In this document: positions 58,628 through 64,000 of the stretch, in pieces | Numbering within the stretch: position 1 is the first letter of the stretch | Layout: every line of letters starts with the position of its first letter | Assembly: GCA_045628965.1 (NCBI GenBank) | Contig: JAZQQI010000006.1 | Span: 104,271-168,270 of the forward strand | Direction: 5' to 3' | Source of the DNA: Lachnospiraceae bacterium | GTDB taxonomy: Bacteria > Bacillota > Clostridia > Lachnospirales > Lachnospiraceae | DNA: 64,000 bases | Made by a program: the position numbers and the translations under genes | Notes under the pieces: generated by a model | The model's input: only the letters and a program-made list of their open reading frames with translations | What the model was told of the DNA's origin: nothing | The model's database searches: none

Positions 58628-60166
58628 ATGATGATTAATGCTTTTCTGTCAAAATTAAAAGAATCTTTGTTTTCAGTTTTGCCGATTGTGATTATGGTTT
58701 TTGTGCTGGGATTGACTCCCGCAGTGTCGCTTACGACGACGGAGACGGTTATTTTTGCCGTTTCGGCACTGTTTCTTATAATAGGTATCGGTCTTTTTAA
58801 TCTCGGTGCGGATATTGCGATGACTCCCATGGGAGAATATATGGGCATCGGCCTTACCAAAACGAGAAAACTTGAACTGCTTCTTATAATAAGCTTTTTT
58901 ATGGGACTTCTCATAACCGTGGCGGAACCGGATCTTTCCGTTTTGGCTGCACAGGTAAACAATGTTATGAACGGGACGACTCTCATTTTTACGGTTGGCG
59001 CGGGTGTCGGATTGTTTCTTCTTTTGGCGGTTTTGAAAACGGTATTTAAGATTAATCTTTCCAATATGTTAATGCTTTCTTATATGCTTCTTTTTGCCTT
59101 GTGTGCTTTGATGATTGAAGTGGGAAAAGCTGATTTTGTTCCTCTTTCTTTCGATTCCGGAGGCGTTACGACCGGGCCGATTACGGTTCCATTTATTATG
59201 GCTTTCGGAATCGGTATAGCTTCTACCGTCGGCGGACATGATGCAAATGAGAATTCCTTCGGCCTTATTTCGTTATGTTCGGTAGGACCGATGCTTGCGG
59301 TTATGTTCCTTTCTCTTGGAGCAGACGGCGCTATGACGTATGAGTTGGCAGATTATTCGGTGGAATCAATATTGGGTGCAGGATTTTTAACGATTGTTGC
59401 AGCCAAAATGTTAGAGGTTGTAAAAGCGCTTGGATTAATCGTAATCTTCTTTTTCATAGTTCAGATTTTTATTCTGAAACTTCCGAAGAAAAGATTGAAA
59501 CATATAGTAATCGGAATAGTATACACTTTTATCGGCTTGGTGATTTTTTTGACCGCGGTTGAAATCGGATTTATGCCGATAGGTTTTAAAATCGGTCGGG
59601 AACTTGCAGGAAAAGGACGGTTTATAGTTATATTTATTTCTTTCATTCTGGGATTCATTGTAGTACTTGCCGAGCCTGCGGTTCATGTCCTCAACAAACA
59701 GGTTGAAGAAGTAACCGGCGGTACGATTACCAAGAAAGCTATGCTTATAGCTCTTTCGGTGGGTGTCGGATTGTCAATCGGGCTTTCGGTAATAAGAATA
59801 ATTTTCGGATTCTCGATTCTTTATTATTTGATTCCGGGATATTTTGTTTCGCTTCTTTTAAGTATTTTTGTCCCGAAAATCTATACGGCGATAGCTTTCG
59901 ACTCCGGCGGTGTTGCAAGCGGTCCTCTGACTTCGGGCTTTATTCTTCCCCTTGCAATCGGAATATGTTCGACAATTCGCGGGGAAGACGCCATTTTATC
60001 ATGTGCATTCGGTGTTGTTGCCATGGTTGCCATGACCCCGCTTATTACGATACAGGTGTTGGGCTTTAAAGCAATTGCCATGAGAGTCATGAGGGAGCGA
60101 ATCGTAATGAAGCGGATTACAAATGCCGATGACGAACAGATTATTTATTTTGATTACAGGAGTTAA
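58628..60166 (+). CDS. DUF1538 membrane protein with two tandem DUF1538 halves
   Basis: Duplicated AEP(D/A) and FDSGGV(T/A)(T/S)GP motifs; ~14 TM segments. Confidence 0.85.
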   Translation: MMINAFLSKLKESLFSVLPIVIMVFVLGLTPAVSLTTTETVIFAVSALFLIIGIGLFNLGADIAMTPMGEYMGIGLTKTRKLELLLIISFFMGLLITVAEPDLSVLAAQVNNVMNGTTLIFTVGAGVGLFLLLAVLKTVFKINLSNMLMLSYMLLFALCALMIEVGKADFVPLSFDSGGVTTGPITVPFIMAFGIGIASTVGGHDANENSFGLISLCSVGPMLAVMFLSLGADGAMTYELADYSVESILGAGFLTIVAAKMLEVVKALGLIVIFFFIVQIFILKLPKKRLKHIVIGIVYTFIGLVIFLTAVEIGFMPIGFKIGRELAGKGRFIVIFISFILGFIVVLAEPAVHVLNKQVEEVTGGTITKKAMLIALSVGVGLSIGLSVIRIIFGFSILYYLIPGYFVSLLLSIFVPKIYTAIAFDSGGVASGPLTSGFILPLAIGICSTIRGEDAILSCAFGVVAMVAMTPLITIQVLGFKAIAMRVMRERIVMKRITNADDEQIIYFDYRS

Positions 60167-60168
60167 TT

Positions 60169-60546
60169 ATGGCGGAAAGGAAAAATCGCAAAAACAATAC
60201 ATCATCAAACAGACTGATGCTTCTTGTTACAATTGTAAACCGTAAAAAGGCAGAATATTTTACAGATCTTATACAAGGCTATTCTGCCAATTTTCAGTTT
60301 GTGACATTGGGCGAAGGAACGGCGGACGAGAGCATGCTTTCGACACTGGGACTTTCGGATTCAGATAAGGCCGTTATTTTCAGTGTTATCAAAGAAGAAC
60401 GTCAGGATGAGATATTAAGGGTAATAGACGACAGATTCAATTCAATAAAAGACGGAAAGGGAATCGCCTACACGATACCTTTTTCCAGTGTGATAGGCGC
60501 TAATATTTTTAATTTCTTAAGTGACAACCGTCAGACATTTATATAG
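60169..60546 (+). CDS. P-II-like (GlnB-fold) protein 1
   Basis: LLVTIVNR, LGEGTA and GKGIAYTIP. Confidence 0.7.
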   Translation: MAERKNRKNNTSSNRLMLLVTIVNRKKAEYFTDLIQGYSANFQFVTLGEGTADESMLSTLGLSDSDKAVIFSVIKEERQDEILRVIDDRFNSIKDGKGIAYTIPFSSVIGANIFNFLSDNRQTFI

Positions 60547-60564
60547 GAAAAGAGAGGTGCAGAT

Positions 60565-60879
60565 ATGAGCGATAAAAAGTACGAAATGATTCTATGCATA
60601 GTAAATTCGGGATATTCCGAACTTGTAATGGATGCTGCAAAAGCAGCGGGTGCCGGCGGAGGAACGCTTATTCACGCAAGAGGAACGGCAAATAAAGATG
60701 CGGAGCAGTTTTTTCATATAAGCATTGAGCCGGATAAAGACTGCGTTATGATGCTTGTTCCCGAAAAAATAAAGGACGATGTTTTGCATGCAATATATCA
60801 AAAAGCGGGCTTGGATACGCCCGGACAGGGAATTGCATTTTCTATGCCGATATCTAAGGCAGTGGGGCTTCCGAAATAA
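60565..60879 (+). CDS. P-II-like (GlnB-fold) protein 2
   Basis: CIVNSG, AAKAAGAGGGT..HARGT and GQGIAFSMP. Confidence 0.8.
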   Translation: MSDKKYEMILCIVNSGYSELVMDAAKAAGAGGGTLIHARGTANKDAEQFFHISIEPDKDCVMMLVPEKIKDDVLHAIYQKAGLDTPGQGIAFSMPISKAVGLPK

Positions 60880-60916
60880 GCCTCATTTTTTATTGCTTAT
60901 TTTTAGTACAAAACAC

Positions 60917-60972
60917 TTGAAATTTCGAAAATATGTTCGTATAATGTTATTTGGAGGACGAACACATGTACG
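60917..60972 (+). promoter_or_regulatory. SigA promoter with two LexA (SOS)-box-like sites
   Basis: TTGAAA-17-TATAAT; CGAAAATATGTTCG (60926-39) and CGAACACATGTACG (60959-72) each match CGAACRNRYGTTCG at 13/14. Confidence 0.8.
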
Positions 60973-62396
60973 AGATAACGGACGGGCTTTCGATTTCGGA
61001 TAAATTAGAGATTCTTGCGGATGCGGCAAAGTATGATGTTGCATGTACATCAAGCGGCGTTGACAGAAGCGGCAAGGAAGGGTATCTGGGCAATTCCTGT
61101 GCGGCGGGAGTGTGCCATTCTTTTGCGGCGGACGGAAGATGCATTTCACTTTTGAAGATTCTTATGACGAATCACTGCATGTATGATTGCAAGTATTGTC
61201 ACAACAGGAAATCAAACGATATAAGGCGAGCCACTTTTACTCCGAGAGAAATATGCGATTTAACGATTGAATTTTATAAAAGGAATTATATAGAAGGATT
61301 GTTTTTGAGTTCAGGTGTGATAAACAATCCAGAATATACAATGGAGAAGATGTGCGAGACATTAAGGCTTCTTCGAACAGAGTATAAGTTTAACGGGTAT
61401 ATTCATGTTAAGGCAATTCCCGGTGCGCCGCAGGAACTCATATACTCGGCAGGCCTTCTTGCGGACAGAATCAGTATTAATATGGAACTTCCGACGGAAG
61501 AAAGCCTTTCGAGACTTGCACCGCAAAAGACTTTCAATACGATTTTTAAGAATATGGGGCAGATTACGAATACCATTGCCGCACACAGACAGGCTATCGG
61601 GAAAGATGCGAGGATGGAGAGAGCAGGGATTAATTCTCATCTGGATAACAGTATTTTTTCACCGGATTCTCTTAGAATCGAAGAGAAGGAGAGAGTTTTT
61701 CAATACCCTGCGGATGCCAAAGATAAGGCATTGAAAAGAAGATTTGCAAGCGCCGGACAGAGTACTCAAATGATTATCGGCGCTTCCGGAGAGACGGATT
61801 TCGAACTTGTGAGAACCACACAGTTTCTATATCAGAATTTTGACTTAAAAAGGGTATTTTATTCAGGATATGTACCCATTAACGAAGACAGTAATCTCCC
61901 GGCAATCGGAACACCCGTGCCGTTACTCAGAGAACACAGACTATATCAGGCGGATTGGCTTCTAAGGTATTACGGATTTAGGGCGGACGAGATATTAAGC
62001 GAAAAGAATCCGAATTTTGACGAGAAGATTGATCCTAAGTGCTTTTGGGCTATTACTCATTTGGAGAATTTTCCCGTTGAAGTTAATAAGGCGAGTTATG
62101 ACGAACTTTTGAGGGTTCCGGGAATCGGACCAATCGGAGTTAAGAAGATTATGAGCGCCAGAAGATATACAAAGGTTACATTCCCCATGTTAAAAAAGAT
62201 GGGAATAGTATTGAAACGCGCACAGTATTTTATTACCTGCGACGGAAGAATGCTTGAAAATATTCCGCTTGAAAGTTCATATATCAGAGGACAACTTGCG
62301 GGAATAGAGCAAAAAGAAAATTTCAAGATTCAGAATCCGGAAGGATATCGACAGATGAGTCTTTTTACGGATTTTAAGATGCAACAACAGGTGTGA
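60966..62396 (+). CDS. Putative DNA modification/repair radical SAM protein (TIGR03916-like) with HhH motif
   Basis: AAKYDVACTSSG, CMYDCKYC (CxxxCxxC), REHRLYQADWLLRYYGF and LLRVPGIG. GGAGG RBS before ATG 60966. Confidence 0.92.
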   Translation: MYEITDGLSISDKLEILADAAKYDVACTSSGVDRSGKEGYLGNSCAAGVCHSFAADGRCISLLKILMTNHCMYDCKYCHNRKSNDIRRATFTPREICDLTIEFYKRNYIEGLFLSSGVINNPEYTMEKMCETLRLLRTEYKFNGYIHVKAIPGAPQELIYSAGLLADRISINMELPTEESLSRLAPQKTFNTIFKNMGQITNTIAAHRQAIGKDARMERAGINSHLDNSIFSPDSLRIEEKERVFQYPADAKDKALKRRFASAGQSTQMIIGASGETDFELVRTTQFLYQNFDLKRVFYSGYVPINEDSNLPAIGTPVPLLREHRLYQADWLLRYYGFRADEILSEKNPNFDEKIDPKCFWAITHLENFPVEVNKASYDELLRVPGIGPIGVKKIMSARRYTKVTFPMLKKMGIVLKRAQYFITCDGRMLENIPLESSYIRGQLAGIEQKENFKIQNPEGYRQMSLFTDFKMQQQV

Positions 62397-62419
62397 AAAA
62401 TGCCGGAAAGAGATAGATT

Positions 62420-63187
62420 ATGTATGTATACACTTGCGTAAGAGAATACGATGCGATGCTTACATGTATATACGTTGCGTGGGCAAGCGGAAGAGGGCAT
62501 GAGAATATTAGACTTGAACTTGAGCCCTTCGGACAGTATTCTATATTTGATGAATATATTCATGTGGATGCCGATTCTGAGAAGGCGGAGAAAGTAATGG
62601 ATGCCGTTAACAGAAAGATTTCTCCGCGATTTTATTCGGAACTTGCATATTGCTCGATGGCCTATGAAGAGGATATTCTCGATAACATGTACAGAATGAT
62701 GCTTCTTGGATTTACATACGGAGAGAGTGCCCTTTACAGAGTTCAGAACAATTGCGTGATGAGACATCAGCAAATAAGAAAGAGGCTTGGCAAGGAAGTA
62801 TGTCGATTTCAGGAGTTTACGAGGTTTCATGAGATAGAGGGCAATGTTTACGTGGCTCACATAGAACCAAAGAGCAAACTTGTTGCGGCACTTGGACCGA
62901 TATTTAAAGACAGAATGCCTTCAGAGAATTGGATGATAGTGGATGATGTTCATTCGGAGGCTGTCGTTCATCCGAAAAATGAGAACTTTTATATACGAAT
63001 TCTTAATGAGGATGAAATGCAAAGACTTCTTAAAACCGAGCAAGCGAATGATGAATACACGGATATGTGGAAAGTCTTTTTCGATGCCATAGCAATTGAG
63101 GAACGAAAAAATCCGAGATGTCAGCGTACTCTTTTTCCGATATGGACAAGGAAGCATGTAGTGGAATTCAGCACAGGAGAGGATTAA
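62420..63187 (+). CDS. TIGR03915/DUF4130-like putative DNA repair protein
   Basis: IEPKS..., HF/IFKDRM..ENWMIVD, ERKNPRCQR and P.W motifs; usual partner of the radical SAM gene. Confidence 0.85.
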   Translation: MYVYTCVREYDAMLTCIYVAWASGRGHENIRLELEPFGQYSIFDEYIHVDADSEKAEKVMDAVNRKISPRFYSELAYCSMAYEEDILDNMYRMMLLGFTYGESALYRVQNNCVMRHQQIRKRLGKEVCRFQEFTRFHEIEGNVYVAHIEPKSKLVAALGPIFKDRMPSENWMIVDDVHSEAVVHPKNENFYIRILNEDEMQRLLKTEQANDEYTDMWKVFFDAIAIEERKNPRCQRTLFPIWTRKHVVEFSTGED

Positions 63188-63188
63188 A

Positions 63189-64000
63189 ATGCAAAAGAAA
63201 GTTGTATTTTTTGATATAGACGGAACGATGTGGGACTGGGACGGAATTATTCCGGACAGTACGATGGAAGCGGTCAGGAAACTTAAAGCAAACGGACATA
63301 TTCCCATCATTTGCACGGGACGCTCGAAAGGCCATATTAGAGATGAGAAACTTTTGTCTTTGGAATTCGAAGGAATGATTGCTGCCTGCGGCTCTCATGT
63401 TGAATATAACGGAGAGATTCTTTACGAAGATTATCTTGATAAAGAACTTGTTAAGAGAATAGTCGAAGTTTCGAAAGAGTGTAATGCACCAATAGTTCTC
63501 GAAGGAAAGAAAAAACACTGGATTTCTGTTAAGGGCTTTGATAAAGACCCTTTTGTGGACAGAATGATTGAAGCCATGGGCGAAGATGCGATTCTTACAG
63601 ACGAGTATTCCGATGATATGGAAGTGAATAAGTTTGCGGGAGACATCATAAGAACCACCGATTATCCGAGATTAAAAAGCGAACTTGAGAAGGATTTGTT
63701 TATTATCGAGCATGGAAATTGCCAGGGCTTTGAGGAAGAGGATGCCGATGAAAATGCAATTCTCGGAGTTTTCGAAGGTATAAAGTACGGCACAAGCAAA
63801 GCAATGGGCATTCGAATGATATGCGAGAAGCTTGGGATAGACATTTCCGATACATTCGGAATCGGTGACAGCAATAATGACATTGAAATGATACAATATG
63901 TCGGAACGGGAATTGCTATGGGTAACGCAACGGAAGGATTAAAGAAAGAAGCCGATTATGTTACGAGCGACATTCATGATGACGGAGTGTACAAGGCTTT
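63189..64000 (+). CDS. Cof-type HAD-IIB hydrolase (3'-truncated by the window edge)
   Basis: MQKKVVFFDIDGT, CTGRS, SKAMGI, GIGDSNNDIEM and AMGNA; no stop before 64000. Confidence 0.9.
   Translation, partial: MQKKVVFFDIDGTMWDWDGIIPDSTMEAVRKLKANGHIPIICTGRSKGHIRDEKLLSLEFEGMIAACGSHVEYNGEILYEDYLDKELVKRIVEVSKECNAPIVLEGKKKHWISVKGFDKDPFVDRMIEAMGEDAILTDEYSDDMEVNKFAGDIIRTTDYPRLKSELEKDLFIIEHGNCQGFEEEDADENAILGVFEGIKYGTSKAMGIRMICEKLGIDISDTFGIGDSNNDIEMIQYVGTGIAMGNATEGLKKEADYVTSDIHDDGVYKA

Overview
A 64-kb chromosomal window from an AT-rich Bacillota genome. The gene families suggest Lachnospiraceae, which is an inference. Most of it is housekeeping and signalling: an ABC-permease/membrane-fusion-protein cluster, ZTP-riboswitch-purC, an atypical F1Fo operon (signal-peptide-like extension on c, delta-like domain fused to alpha), a Cys-less purF followed by carB, tyrS, pncB, EAL/GGDEF/HDOD proteins, two soluble hybrid kinases, an MCP, a cobalamin-riboswitch ECF unit, a DUF1538/P-II operon and an SOS-boxed radical-SAM repair pair. 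One intact IS1182-family element sits in a duplicated terminator. The strongest lead is a three-gene islet at 13.8-16.8 kb: atypical ClpP, a membrane-anchor-less VirD4-like ATPase, and an XRE-HTH fused to a RelA/SpoT-type HD hydrolase. Its two transcription units carry homologous ~96-bp leaders with the same palindromic operator, and it converges on a small alarmone synthetase whose promoter overlaps a perfect CIRCE. Other unexplained signals are a TGCGTAA-N14-TGCGTAA box at the same position in three signalling promoters, two 3x62-63-bp palindromic repeat arrays, and a riboswitch-like leader before the DUF1538 operon. No rRNA, tRNA or CRISPR-cas was seen. Family assignments come from motif recognition by eye, not from database searches.
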